A stretch of DNA of 45,026 nucleotides from Octopus bimaculoides (GCF_001194135.2 NC_068986.1:107943582-107988607); one strand, 5' to 3'; positions 1-11,227 are shown, counted from the first letter of the stretch. Notes: generated by a model not told the origin, from the sequence alone. Translations and numbers: made by a program.

Positions 1-255
1 AATATTCAAGGGAAATAACTGAACGAATTACCAGTATTATCCGTACTACTTTTTCTCTAAAACAGCATGCGACGGGATTTTTTTAAATAAAAGTTTAAAA
101 TGTTTTTTTCATAAAAGTTTAAAATGTTTTTTTTAATAAAAGTTTAGGGTTAGATGTTGTGCAGCCGGTCTTCCACGAGGCATTTTCGATTTCTCATAAG
201 AAACTATGATATTCAATCACGTGTGTGCTTTATATATAAACAGTTGAAGTCAATC

Positions 256-306
256 AAATCACGTGATTTATTTATATACAAAGTAGTACGGATACTACTG
301 GTAAGA
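256..306 (+). promoter_or_regulatory. 14-bp palindromic E-box (AAATCACGTGATTT, 256-269) and candidate 5' splice donor CTG|GTAAGA (300/301) of a non-coding first exon of the first ZNF gene
   Basis: Perfect palindrome with CACGTG core, a second AATCACGTG at 215-223, and a consensus donor. A matching acceptor TTTATTTCAG| lies at 4081-4090, upstream of the ZNF ATG. The exon link is inferred. Confidence 0.35.
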
Positions 307-498
307 CGTTCAGTTATTTCCCTTGTATTTTATTTACTTCTTTAACCTCTCGAAACTGGAAGATTACCCGCGCGTATACCAACCCCATAATAGTAAGATA
401 TATACATAAAAATCACATTATGAAGTTACTATAATAGTGATGATGATGGTAAAACAAAAAAGAAAGTAACAATTATAAGAATATTACGGGATAATTCT

Positions 499-885
499 GT
501 TGTTGTTGGCACTCCGTCGATTACGACAACGACGGTTCCAGTTGATCCGATCAACGGAACAGCCTGCTCGTGAAATTAACGTGCAAGTGGCTGAGCACTC
601 CACAGACACGTGTACCCTTAACGTAGTTCTTGAGGAGATTCAGCGTGACACAGTGTGACAAGGCTGACCCTTTGAAATACAGGTACAACAGAAACAGGAA
701 GAAAGAGTGAGAGAAAGTTGTGGTGAAAGAATACAGCAGGGTTCGTCACCATCCCCTGCCGGAGCCTCGTGGAGCTTTAAGTGTTTTGGCTCAATAAACA
801 CTCACAACGTCCGGTCTGGGAATCGAAACCGAGATCTGATGACCGCGAGTCCGCTGCCCTAACCAATGGGTCATTGCGCCTCCAC
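499..885 (-). mobile_element. tRNA-derived SINE family A, full length
   Basis: Head GGAGGCGCAATGACCCATTGG with B box GTTTCGATTCC and a (CAA)n tail. 13-bp TSD ACGGGATAA(T/C)TCT at 486-498 and 886-898. Confidence 0.92.
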
Positions 886-1247
886 ACGGGATAACTCTAT
901 CACTAGCGGACCCATCACGACTAAGACCCAGTGAGCTCCCTTACATCAGCCACAAGAAGTACTCTCCACAGTATTTCATTCCGCCTATAAAAGAGTTCTA
1001 GTTCCTGCTTCACCGGAAATCAACCAATTCGATCAATTTTTGCGTAATTTGTTTATTATTTTTGTTTCATTTTAGTTCAACAAATTTTTTTTCATTTATC
1101 AGAATCCACGATTCTCTTTGCTTATCTTTAATTCATTGCATTTCTGCCGATACATGCGGTAGTCAAAGATATGCCCAGTAGACGATTGTTATTGTTTTCT
1201 GTGGAATCGCAGGTGTCTTGAACATTAAAGGAGATTCTTAGAAGAAC

Positions 1248-1279
<32 letters not shown>

Positions 1280-1317
1280 AATGGTTTTGTTGAAGTAAGT
1301 TAGTTTTTATCTTTTCT

Positions 1318-1540
1318 TTTATTTTTATTTTACTTGTTTCAGTCATTTCACTGCGGCCATGCTGGAGCACCGCCTTTAGTCGAATCAAATCGACCCCAAG
1401 GACTTATTCTTTGCAAGCCCAGTACTTATACTATCGGTTTCTTTTGCCGAACCGCTAAGTTACGGGGACGTAAACACACCAGCATCGGTTGCCAAGCAAT
1501 GTTGGTGGGGGACAAACACTGATACGCAACATATACACAC

Positions 1541-1581
<41 letters not shown>

Positions 1582-1741
1582 TACGACGGGCTTCTTTCAG
1601 TTTCCGTCTACCAAATCCACTCACAAGGCTTTGGTTGGCCCGAGGCTATAGTAAAAAAACACTTGCCCAAGGTGCCACGCAGTGCGACTGAACCCGGAAC
1701 CATGTGGTTGGTAAGCAAGCTACTTACCACACAGCCACTCC
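1318..1741 (-). mobile_element. tRNA-derived SINE family B (CORE-like segment, internal (TA)n, CR1/L2-like tail)
   Basis: Minus strand reads GTGGCTGTGTGGTAAG...GGTTCAGT, then CACCTTGGGCAAGTG (resembles the CORE-SINE start), a microsatellite, and tail GGTGCTCCAGCATGGCCGCAG..TGACTGAAACAAGTAAAA. About 10 related copies or fragments in the window. Confidence 0.85.
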
Positions 1742-2326
1742 AAATTTGCTGTTTATTATTAGGTTTAGCTATGTCTAATTATTTTATATCGTGTATTTTG
1801 TTAACAGTAACCTCGCTGGTTGCAGAGCCTTTCCAGCAGAATAATCGTTGTTTACCTTGATGACACAACAAATACAAACTATATAAACATTGCTTGATCT
1901 TTCGTGATTAGCAGAAACACATTTCTAAGGCTCACACATATAGATCCAATATGCTGGGAGGGTCTCTGTATGTGCGTTGGTATCTTGGTAAAGTTGTCGA
2001 ACACGTACGTAAACAACGACTCCCCCCCACACACACACACACACACACTACACAACAGAAGAGACCGCATAGAAACGACATGCTGAGCACCCGGAATGCC
2101 TAGAAAAATTCTGAAGTAGGTATTGTACTAAATCTGTATCTGGCACTAAATGTTGTTCTAGACTACAAGACATATATAATATTCGCTGAGCCTATAGAAT
2201 AGAGTCTGAAATTATGTAGTTCGCCGAAAACCGTATTATCTTCGTATTTGTATGTTTTAAACAGAGGAGATTACGATTCTGCAAAAGAATTATTTTCCTT
2301 TTGTTACCTGTTCACGTCTGTGTGTG

Positions 2327-2365
<39 letters not shown>

Positions 2366-2649
2366 NNNNNNNNNNNNNNNNNNNNNNNNNNNNNNNNNNN
2401 NNNNNNNNNNNNNNNNNNNNNNNNNNNNNNNNNNNNNNNNNNNNNNNNNNNNNNNNNNNNNNNNNNNNNNNNNNNNNNNNNNNNNNNNNNNNNNNNNNNN
2501 NNNNNNNNNNNNNNNNNNNNNNNNNNNNNNNNNNNNNNNNNNNNNNNNNNNNNNNNNNNNNNNNNNNNNNNNNNNNNNNNNNNNNNNNNNNNNNNNNNNN
2601 NNNNNNNNNNNNNNNNNNNNNNNNNNNNNNNNNNNNNNNNNNNNNNNNN
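2366..2649. other. Assembly gap (others at 12891-13879, 19186-19412, 27801-28046, 32026-32463, 33713-34233, 34653-34662, 35315-35818, 43730-43869)
   Basis: Runs of N. Confidence 1.
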
Positions 2650-2863
2650 ATTTTTTTTTTTTTTTTCGCAAAATTGTAATCTGTGATCTTTAAAACATGT
2701 AAATCCAAGAATTAACGTTTTTGACAAACTATATAATTTTTGACTATAGGCTCACTGGCACACTTATTGTCATCAAATCTGCATTTGAGACCAAGTTAGT
2801 GATGAAGGCCTATTTAAATGTTATATTCTCTGGTTTGTCTTTTTATATCGTGTAATTTACTAT

Positions 2864-3249
2864 GGGAGGTGCAATGGCCCATTGGTTAGGGCAGCGGACT
2901 CGCAGTCGTAGGATCGCGGTTTCGATTCCTAGACCAGGCGTTGTGAGTGTTTATTGAGCGAAAGCACCTAAAAGCTCCACGAGGCTCCAGCAGGGGATGG
3001 TGGCGAACCCTGCTGTACTCTTCCACCACAACTTTCTCTCACTCTTACTTCCTGTTTCTGTTGTGCCTGTAATTCAAAGGGTCAGCCTTGTCACACACTA
3101 TGTCACGCTGAATATCCCCGAGAACTACGTTAAAGGTACACGTGTCTGTGGAGTGCTCAGCTGCTTGCACGTTAATTTCACGAGCAGGCTGTTCCGTTGA
3201 TCGGATCGACTGGCACCCTCGACGTCGTAAGCGACGGGGTGCCGACACC
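2864..3249 (+). mobile_element. SINE family A, full length
   Basis: Collinear with 499-885. 10-bp TSD AATTTACTAT at 2854-2863 and 3250-3259. Confidence 0.92.
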
Positions 3250-3287
3250 AATTTACTATCATATGAGCCTTTGTATTTGTAATTCCA

Positions 3288-3462
3288 CCACTTGACAACC
3301 AGTGTTGGTTTGTTTACATTCCTGTAACTTAACAATTCTGTGAAAGTAAGTGCTACGCTTAAAAAAAAAAAAAAAAAGTCCTGGGTTTGATTTGTTCAAA
3401 TAAAACCCACCAAAGTGATGCTCCAGTATGGCCACAGTTCAATGACTGAAAGAAGTAAAAGA
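3288..3462 (+). mobile_element. SINE family B, 3' half
   Basis: CTTGACAACCAGTGTTGG...CAATGACTGAAAGAAGTAAAAG matches the family B 3' module. Confidence 0.7.
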
Positions 3463-3678
3463 TGAAGGCAAAGTATACAGCCACACTGAGAAACCATTCT
3501 TTGTATCATTGCTGAATAAGTTCTTTTGATTCTATATCAGACAAGCAGCTGGAATGAGGTTCCTCTAAGGACCTCCAGAGTAACATCACTCAACAGGGTG
3601 CAAAGCTTGGTGATCAGGGAGTTTTTCCAGGCCAAGCTACTACTACTTCAGATCTGAGAGGTCACAGTTCTGATACTA

Positions 3679-3810
3679 GGCATAGCTTTGTGGTAAGAAG
3701 CTTGCTTTTCAACCACATGGTTCCAAGTTCAGTCCCTCTGCATGACACCTTGGGCAAGTGTCTTCTCCTTTCGCCTTGTTAGTGGATTTGGTAAACAGAA
3801 ACTGAAAGAA
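3679..3810 (+). mobile_element. SINE family B, 5' part, abutting a family C element
   Basis: Head TGTGGTAAGAAGCTTGC..GGTTCCAAGTTCAGTCCC, then CACCTTGGGCAAGTGTC. Confidence 0.75.
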
Positions 3811-4049
3811 GATGGCGTAGTGGTTAAGAGCACAGGCTATTAACCCCAAGATTCCGAGTTCGATTCCAGGCAGTGACCTGAATAATAATAATAACAATAA
3901 TAACATTGAAAAATACCTTAGGAATGAGAACCCAGGTTCGAAATTTCCTCCAGACACCTGATGAAGGCTGCAGGGTATATCAGCCGAAATGTGTTAACAA
4001 CGAACAAGATGAGGACTAATATCCGTCAAATGTAAATAATGTAAATAAT
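3811..4049 (+). mobile_element. SINE family C: tRNA head, (AAT)n, hammerhead-containing tail
   Basis: A box TGGCGTAGTGG (3813-3823) and B box GTTCGATTC (3858-3866). Tail GACAC-CTGATGA-A-GGCTG-loop-CAGCC-GAAA-T-GTGTT. Second copy at 40862-41153. Confidence 0.85.
3953..3995 (+). ncRNA. Degenerate minimal hammerhead ribozyme motif (stem III deleted)
   Basis: Stem I GACAC/GTGTT, core CTGATGA, stem II GGCTG/CAGCC, then GAAA. The CGT of the AACGTT palindrome seen in the sister copy is missing. Confidence 0.55.
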
Positions 4050-4312
4050 ATAGTTAACTCTATTTTAATGTTTGTTTTATTTTATTTCAGGAAATCTCAT
4101 ATCATGAAAATATATTCCTGCATATTGAAACGAAGATGATTATATTGAAACTATGAAACTGTGTTCATTGGAATTTTGACACCAAAAATTTTGAAAGATA
4201 TTGATTGTGAAAAACATGAGGAGAACTTCAATGAGAATTTTGTAATTTTGGTAACTTCTGCTACAAGCTATCATACTTTTATGAATATTTTAGTTGAATT
4301 GTAGAGAGACAC

Positions 4313-5200
4313 ATGAGCTCAATGGAAGGTAGAAAGGTTAAAGTGAAAACACAATTCCATTGTGAAATTTGTGATAGAAAATTTTCACGTAATTCACAAC
4401 TCAGTATGCACCGAGTGGTTCATACTGGAGAAAAACCATACAGCTGTGACATTTGTGGTAAATTATTTTCAAGACAAAGCAATGCAAATCGCCACAAGGT
4501 GGTGCACACTGGAAAGAGACCATATATCTGTGATATCTGTGGTAAATCATTCCATTTAAATAGTATCTTAAAAAGACATAGAATAGTTCATTCGGAAGAG
4601 AAGCCACACCAATGTGATATTTGTGGTAAAACATTCTTAAGAAAAGAGAGTGTTACAGATCATAAAGTAATCCACTCTGGAGAAAAACCATTTGAATGTG
4701 ATATTTGTGGGAAAGCATATTATGTGAAGAAGAGACTACAGCGCCATATTATAGTCCATACTGGAGAGAAATCTCACCAATGTGATATCTGTGGTAAAAT
4801 ATTCTTGTACAATAGTGACTTAAAGATACATAAAATGCTCCATATTGTTGAAGAGCCATTCAAGTGTGAAACTTGTAATAAAACTTTCACAAATAATAGT
4901 GACTTGAAAAAGCATAAAGTGACACATAAGGGAGAGAAACCTTATAAATGTAAGACATGTGGTAAAGCGTTCTCAAGAAAGGACCGATTAACTATGCATG
5001 ATAATGCTCATGCAGAAGAGACGCACCAGTGCAATGTTTGTAGTAAGACATTTTTAAGTCATTCTCTTTTAAAAGATCATAAAATTATTCATGTTAGCGA
5101 GAAACCATATAAATGTGACCTCTGCATTAAATCATTTTCACATGACCGTAGCTTAAAGAGACATAAAACACAACACAGAAAAGAAGCATTAGCACAATAG
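4313..5200 (+). CDS. C2H2 zinc-finger protein, 10 tandem fingers, single coding exon, 295 aa
   Basis: Ten CxxC-x12-HxxxH repeats with TGEKPY-type linkers. In-frame TGA at 4295-4297 fixes the ATG. No KRAB/SCAN/BTB domain visible. Confidence 0.93.
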   Translation: MSSMEGRKVKVKTQFHCEICDRKFSRNSQLSMHRVVHTGEKPYSCDICGKLFSRQSNANRHKVVHTGKRPYICDICGKSFHLNSILKRHRIVHSEEKPHQCDICGKTFLRKESVTDHKVIHSGEKPFECDICGKAYYVKKRLQRHIIVHTGEKSHQCDICGKIFLYNSDLKIHKMLHIVEEPFKCETCNKTFTNNSDLKKHKVTHKGEKPYKCKTCGKAFSRKDRLTMHDNAHAEETHQCNVCSKTFLSHSLLKDHKIIHVSEKPYKCDLCIKSFSHDRSLKRHKTQHRKEALAQ

Positions 5201-5857
5201 TGTGAAATCTGTGTTTCAAAATTGTTATCTTGTAGCTACCTAAACATATTCCGGGTCATTAAAACTGTGGCCATCAAGGATGACCATTGGTAGCATGTAT
5301 CAGGTTTTTGGTGATTGCTTTAAGTGTCCATGTAGACGTGGACATTCTCTTGGATCTCCCACTCATGATCTAATGGAACATCCAGTATGTAACATCTGGA
5401 GAGAGAAAGAGTTGGGGCTTGCACTGAGCTGGTACATTATTTATTGTCCATGAAAGAATGAAAGGTAAATTTTACCTCGTTTGGATTTGAAATCAGTGTG
5501 CAAAACCAGGATAGATACCACGATGCATTCTACCTGATGTAACGATCATCAGTCAGCCTCTTGGCTGCTTTATTCCAGTTTAGGTAAATGTGATATTTGT
5601 GACAAAGTTCATTAAAGTGACAAAGTTATTGATAAAGAAGTTTTCTTTCTCTGTCTTTTTTTTGTGAAATTTGTGGTAAAACATTCTTATATAAATTGTG
5701 ACTTTAAGACAACAGTATATAAATCTATGCAGAAGATAGTCCACACTGTTGTGACTTTTATAATGGAGCATTTCAGGTGTGAATATGATTTAATGAAACA
5801 CAATATTGGTGAAACTGGAGCAAAGCCATATCAATGTAAAATTGATGGTAAAAACCT
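5201..5857 (+). pseudogene. Decayed zinc-finger repeats 3' of the first ZNF stop codon
   Basis: In frame after TAG: CEICVSKLLSCSYLNIFRVIKT. Later fragments KCDICDKV, CEICGKTFLY and ETGAKPYQCKIDGK, cut off by a (CAT)n element at 5858. Confidence 0.7.
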
Positions 5858-5976
5858 TCATCATCATCATCATCATCATCATCGTTTAACGTCCGTTTTC
5901 CTCAGTGTTACAAGACAGGTCAGGCAGGTTGCCGATGCTCGTGGCTGACCGGTCGGTTCCTGTCAAACCTAGGACG

Positions 5977-6819
5977 TATGAAAGGTAGATTGTTTGATGC
6001 CTGTGTACAAACAGCTATGCTGCATGGCAGTGAAACATTGGGTATGACAGCCGAGGACATGTGTAGGCTTGGAAGTAATGAAGCCAGTATGCTTCGCTGG
6101 ATGTGCGATGTCAGCGTGCATAATATTCGACAGAGTGTAAGCATCCCAGGGGAAAAGTTAGGCATAAGAGGAATTAGATGTGGTGTGCGAGAGAGACAAC
6201 TGCACTGGAATGGTCATGTGATGCGTATGGATGAGGATAGTTGTGTAAAGAAGTGCTGATCTCTAACTGTGGTAGAGGTAGACCCAGGAAGACATGGGAC
6301 GTGGTGGTGAAGCATGAGCTTTGAGCCTCACAGAGGCAATGACTAGTGACCGAGACCTTTGGCGATGTGCTGTGCTTGAGAGGACTCATCAAGCGAAGTG
6401 TACCCATTATGGTGGCATGTAAAGAACATCTTTTGAATGTTGGGCCTCACGGAGGCAGGGTGGTTGAGTTCCTTTTGAGTGTTGGACCTCATAGAGGCAA
6501 TGACCAAGACCTTTGGCATTATGTCATGCTTGAAAAAAAGACCTATGAAGCCAAGCAAAATCGCAGTTGTGACAGATACTAGTGTCACGCAAATTGGCAC
6601 CCGTACCGGAGGCATGTAAAGGCACCCCGGTGTCACACAAATGGCACATAAAAGCATTATACTCTCGGAGTGGTTGGCGTTAGGAAAGGCATCGACCATA
6701 AAAAACCATGCTAAATCAGACAGGTGTCTGGTACAGCCTTCCAGCGTATCAGCCCAGTCAAACTGTACACCCCATTGCCAGCATGGTATGGACAATGGAC
6801 GTTAAATGATGATGATGAT
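5977..6819 (+). mobile_element. 5'-truncated RTE-clade LINE (ORF2 C-terminus, 3' UTR, (GAT)n tail)
   Basis: KGRLFDACVQTAMLHGSETLG...ASMLRWMC...RERQLHWNGHVMRMDEDSCVKK is typical RTE/BovB ORF2 C-terminus. Ends GGACGTTAAATGATGATGAT. Confidence 0.9.
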
Positions 6820-6985
6820 ATATATACCAATAGAGTGTGACATTAACTTTAATGTTTCAGCCTGCTAACCTTCAAACTAAGGTTGAATCCACTGTTACCA
6901 TGCTTCAAGTAAAAATATAATAAATATGTCCTATACAAAAAGTATTGTGTTATTGTGCTCAGTTTAATGTAAAGTTGTTATTATA

Positions 6986-7330
6986 TAGGTGCAGGCATGG
7001 CTGTGTGGTCAAAAGTTTGCTTTCCAACTGCATGGTTCCAGGTTCAGTCCCACTGCATCGCACCTTGGGTAAGTGTCTTCTACTATAGCCTCAGACGGAA
7101 ACTGAAAGAAACCTGTTGAATATATATATGTGTGTGCTTCTTTCTCTGTGTTTGTCTCGCACCACTGCTTGACAACTGGTGTTGGTGTGCTTACATCCCC
7201 ATGATGTAGCAGTTCAGCAAGAAGAGTGCAATAAAATAAGTACTGGGTCAACAATTTGACTGCCTAAACCCTTCAATGGGCTGCCCCCAGCATAGTCAAG
7301 ACTCCACGACCTGAAACCTGAAAAAAGTAA
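6986..7330 (+). mobile_element. SINE family B, near full length, diverged
   Basis: Head, CORE-like segment, (TA/TG)n and 3' module, collinear with 1318-1741. Confidence 0.75.
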
Positions 7331-7344
7331 AATATGTCTATCAT

Positions 7345-7818
7345 CATCATCATCGTTTAACGTCCGCTTTCCATGCTAGCATGGGTTGGACGATTTGACT
7401 GAAGATTGGTGCAACCGGATGGCTACACCAGGCTCCAATCTAATTTGGCAGAGTTTCTACAGCTGGATGCCCTTCCTAACGCCAACCACTCAGAGAGTGT
7501 AGTGGGTGCTTTTACGTGTCACCCGCACGAAAACGGCCAGGCTCGAAATGGTGTCTTTTATGTGCCACCCGCACAAGAGCCAGTCCAGGGGCACTGGCAA
7601 TGATCTCGCTCGAAAACCCTACAAGGCCAGTCAGGCGGTACTGGCAACGGTCACGCTCAGGATGGTATATCTTATGTGCCACCCGCACAAGAGCCAGTCC
7701 AGGGGCCCTGGCAACGATCTCACTTGGCTTGCCGGGTCTTCTCACGCACAGCACATTTCCAAAGGTCTCGGTCAGTAGTCCACACAGCACATTTCCAAAG
7801 GTCTCGGTCAGTCCAAAG
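7345..7818 (-). mobile_element. RTE LINE 3' UTR fragment (family E)
   Basis: (CAT)n-CGTTTAACGTCCGCTTTCCATGC terminus. GTCTATCAT flanks both ends (7336-7344, 7819-7827). Confidence 0.88.
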
Positions 7819-7876
7819 GTCTATCATTGTATTGACCAAACTATTGCATACCTGTTTATTGGTCCACTTAAAGTGG

Positions 7877-9130
7877 TGGGTCATTCCATGAATAATGCAG
7901 TTGGTTTCAATTGCATGGAATAACAGTCAGAGGGGGACAGGATAAACTACCTGCATCAACTTCCTATAAAAGCAGGTAGTAATTCTACCTTGTTTTTATT
8001 CTTAGTGCAGTGGAGGCCCAGTGGTTAGAGCAGCGGACTCGCGGTCATAGGATCGCGGTTTCGATTCCCAGACCGGGCGTTGTGAGTGTTTATTGAGCGA
8101 AAACACCTAAAAGCTCCACGAGGCTCCAGCAGGGGCTGGTGGTGAACCCTGCTATACTCTTTCACCACAACTTTCTCTCACTCTTACTTCCTGTTTCTGT
8201 TGTACCTGTAATTCAAAGGGTCAGCCTTTGTGTCATGCTGAATATCCCCGAGAACTACGTTAACAGTACATGTGTCTGTGGAGTGCTCAGCTACTTGCAC
8301 GTTAATTTCACGAGCAGGCTGTTCCGTTGATCGGATCAACTGGAACCCTCGTAGTCGTAAGCGACGGAGTGCCAACAACAACAACAACATACTTAGGGCA
8401 GGTTTTGAAGAGTGCAGTTCGATTTTAACAGTTATTTTTTTCAAAGCTATAATGGAAGTGACAAAGAAGCAGATTCGGCATATTTTGATTTATGAGTTCA
8501 ATAAATGCAACAGAACATGCAAGAAATATTAATGCGGTATATGGGGATCAGACAATAAGCAGAAGCCAGAGTCAACTGTGGTTCCAGAAATTCCGAGCCG
8601 GAAACTACAGCCTAGAAGACGAGCTTCATCCTGGAAGATCTGTAGAGCTCGACAAGGACATCCTGCAAACCCTGGTGGAACAAAATTCCATTGCAACTGT
8701 TGAGGAACTTGGAGAGAAGCTTGGATTTGGTCATTCAAGTCAGTGATAGAAGTAAAATGACCATCTTTGGTTTCAAGATGAAAGGCATTCTTCCATCAGG
8801 ATAATTCTCAGCCACATACAGCGAGGATGACATTCCAAAGGCTGGAGCAGTTTGAATGGAGAATGATGCCCCACCCACCATATTCTCCGGAAATTGCCTC
8901 ATCTGATTATTATTTATTCTGCAATCTTGAAAATCATTTGGACGGAAAAAATATGAATTTGTAGATGAGGTTAGAACAGTACTGGAGGAGTATTTTTCAT
9001 CATGGGCAAGTGAATTTTAGGAGAGGGGCCTTGCAAGTCTACCAGATAGAGGGAAGAGCATTGTAGAAAATGAAGGAGAGTAAATTTTAGATTTAAAAAG
9101 AACTTTGTTAATCTTAATTTTGAAAAATAA
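7877..9130 (+). mobile_element. Internally deleted, frameshifted mariner (Tc1/mariner) transposon carrying a SINE A insertion
   Basis: ATG at 8452, MEVTKKQIRHILIYEFNK..NATEHARNINAVYG..QLWFQKFRAGNYSLEDE..GR (HTH region), then DNSQPHTA..HPPYSPEIASSDYYLF (HDNARPH and YSPDL-like motifs). TIRs not cleanly resolved. Confidence 0.88.
8010..8389 (+). mobile_element. SINE family A inserted in the mariner 5' region
   Basis: Family A sequence with (CAA)n tail. Degenerate TSD CTTAG(T/G)GCA. Confidence 0.9.
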
Positions 9131-9156
9131 AACTATGTCTATAAGATGAAAATTAA

Positions 9157-9360
9157 TCCTTTAGCATGCAGATTATCACAGTAATCCTTATTTATTCACA
9201 TTGTTTTGAATTAATCATGCAGTAGTTAATAGCTTTGAGATTTTAATGAGCTATCTGTTAATTTTTAGAAGGCTATTATAGGGTTGGTGTGAAAAGCCAG
9301 ATCTGGCTAGTCTGAGCGTAAAACAGAATATTTTGGTTAGTTTAAATGAAGAAAAGTAAA
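9157..9360. mobile_element. TTAA-flanked piggyBac-like MITE (family H), diverged
   Basis: Starts TTAA-TCCTTTAGCAT. Related to 11677-12260 and 12270-12487. Confidence 0.55.
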
Positions 9361-9417
9361 GGACATGAATTTACTTAAAAGATACAGAAACAAATTAATA
9401 CAGTTCTTTAATATATA

Positions 9418-9565
9418 TAACAGGCTTCTTTCAGTTTCTGTCTACCAAATCCATTCACATGGCTTTGGTCAACCAGGGGTTATAGTGGAAGACACTTAGA
9501 AGCCACACAGAGGAACTGAACCCAAAACCATGGTTGAGAAGTAGACTTCTTAACAACACAGTCAC
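9418..9565 (-). mobile_element. SINE family B, 5' part
   Basis: GGCTTCTTTCAGTTTCTGTCTACCAAATCC...ACTGAACCC..ACACAGTCAC. Confidence 0.7.
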
Positions 9566-9577
9566 AACATATTATAT

Positions 9578-10595
9578 CAGCACTTCTTAAACTATGGGTC
9601 ACAACTCAATTTGGAGTCGTGGAAATTAAATTCAAACACTTGAATTTCTGTTTATATGTTATTTCATAAATTTCAGTTTAAATGAACCTTTGGAGATATA
9701 CTGTGATTGAGAAGACCCAGCAAGTAGGATCGCAGCCATAGCTGATACTAGTGTCACATAACCAGCCCATTTAAGTGTACCATGGAGAACTGCCGGGCAA
9801 TACACTGTGCTTAAGAAGACCTGTTGAGCGAGGTGAAATCATAGTCATGGTCTATGCCAGTGCCGCCTGACTGGCACCCGTGCTGGTGGCATGTAATAAG
9901 CACCATTCAAATGTCATCGATGCCAGTGCCACCTGACTAGCTCCCATACCTGTGGCACATAAAAAGCACCCACTACACTTTTGGAATGGTTGGCATTAGG
10001 AAGGGCATCCAGCTGTAGAAACATTGCCAGATCAGATTGGAGCCTGGTGCAGCCTTCTGGCTTAGCAGTCCTCAGTCAAACTGTCCAGTCCATGCCAGCA
10101 TGGAAAGCAGACATTAAACGATGATGATAATTTCAGTTTATTATTTCTGAAATGACATTACATGTTCTTTTGTCATTTAGTACCAAATACCTATGTGAAA
10201 TAACTTTTTCATCGCAGCTAACCTTATGTGAAATAACTTTTTCAGCTTTAACCCTTATTAAAACCAAATATCGTTCAATGCTGTAAAGCGTAGAAGATGC
10301 TTTACGTCCAGCAGTGTCAAATATTACACCAAGGTTTAATTTGCTATGCAACAAAAAACAAGTACATCCACCATATTGGTTTTTACTTTTTTTTTTTTTT
10401 TTTTGTATTTAAAACAAATCCTAAAATTACTTTTATTTTGACAAATAATATAACGCCTTTTTTTATATGTATATTGTTCAGTAAAACAATGATTTATGTA
10501 TTTATTTGTATGTTTTATTTCATATTTAATACATGGGGTCGCAAAAAATCTCATAATGAAAAAAGGGGTCATGATTGACAAAAGTTTAGGCACTG
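9578..10595 (+). mobile_element. Internally deleted hAT-Charlie transposon containing an RTE insertion
   Basis: 5' end CAGCACTTCTTAAACTATGGGTC and 3' end AAAAGTTTAGGCACTG. 10160-10378 reads FSTKYLCEITFS..ALTLIKTKYRSML*SVEDALRPAVSNITPRFNLLCNKKQVHP, the hAT C-terminal dimerisation motif of the ZBED5/Charlie type. Confidence 0.8.
9681..10128 (+). mobile_element. RTE 3' UTR fragment (family E) nested in the Charlie element
   Basis: 12-bp TSD AATTTCAGTTTA at 9669-9680 and 10129-10140. (GAT)n tail. Confidence 0.9.
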
Positions 10596-10639
10596 TTGCT
10601 GTTGTTGTTTGTTCATTCTCAAGCCATGCTTGACTCATA

Positions 10640-11225
10640 AGGGCCGAGACCTTTGGAGATATGCTGTGATTAAGAAGACTCGGAAATTAAAGTGAGATCG
10701 CAGCCGTGGTTGATGCCAGTGTTGCATATCTGGCCCATTTAAGAGTACCCTTGATGCGTCGGGCGATATGATATGCTTGAGAAGGCCTGTTGAGTCAAGT
10801 AAAACCAAAATCGTAGCTGTGGTCAGTGCCCCCTGACTAGCCCCCATTCCTGTGGCACATAAAATGCATCATCCGAACATGGTCAATGCCAGGTCTGCCT
10901 GACTGGCTCCTGTGCCAGTGGCATGTGAAAAGCATGGCCGATGTCAATACCTCCTGACTGGCACCCGTGCCAGTGGCACGTAAAAAGCACTATCTGAACA
11001 TGATCGATGCCAGGCCCACCTAACTGGTTCCTGTACCGATGGCGTGTGAAAGCACCCACTACACTCTCAGAGTGGTTGGTGTTAGGAAGGACATCCAGCT
11101 GTAGAAACATTGCCAGGTCAGATTGGAGCCTGGTGCAGCCATCTGGCTCTTCAGATCTCAGTCAAACTATCCAACCCATGCCAGCATGGAAAACGGACGT
11201 TAAACGATGATGATGATGATGATGA
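10640..11225 (+). mobile_element. RTE 3' UTR fragment (family E) with several 66-bp subunits
   Basis: GAGACCTTTGGAGATATGCTGTG...GGAAAACGGACGTTAAACGATGATGATG. Confidence 0.88.
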
Positions 11226-11227
11226 AG

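Noticed and set aside
2248-2727. ORFs spanning X-runs (also 12820-13919, 19005-19573, 27630-28222, 32015-32516, 43686-44043)
   Set aside because: Artefacts of assembly gaps, which contain no stop codons.
7364-7400. CTGAGGA-CTGG-TGAA-CCAG in family E copies as a hammerhead
   Set aside because: No GAAA follows the stem, and it lies on the antisense strand of the RTE 3' UTR.
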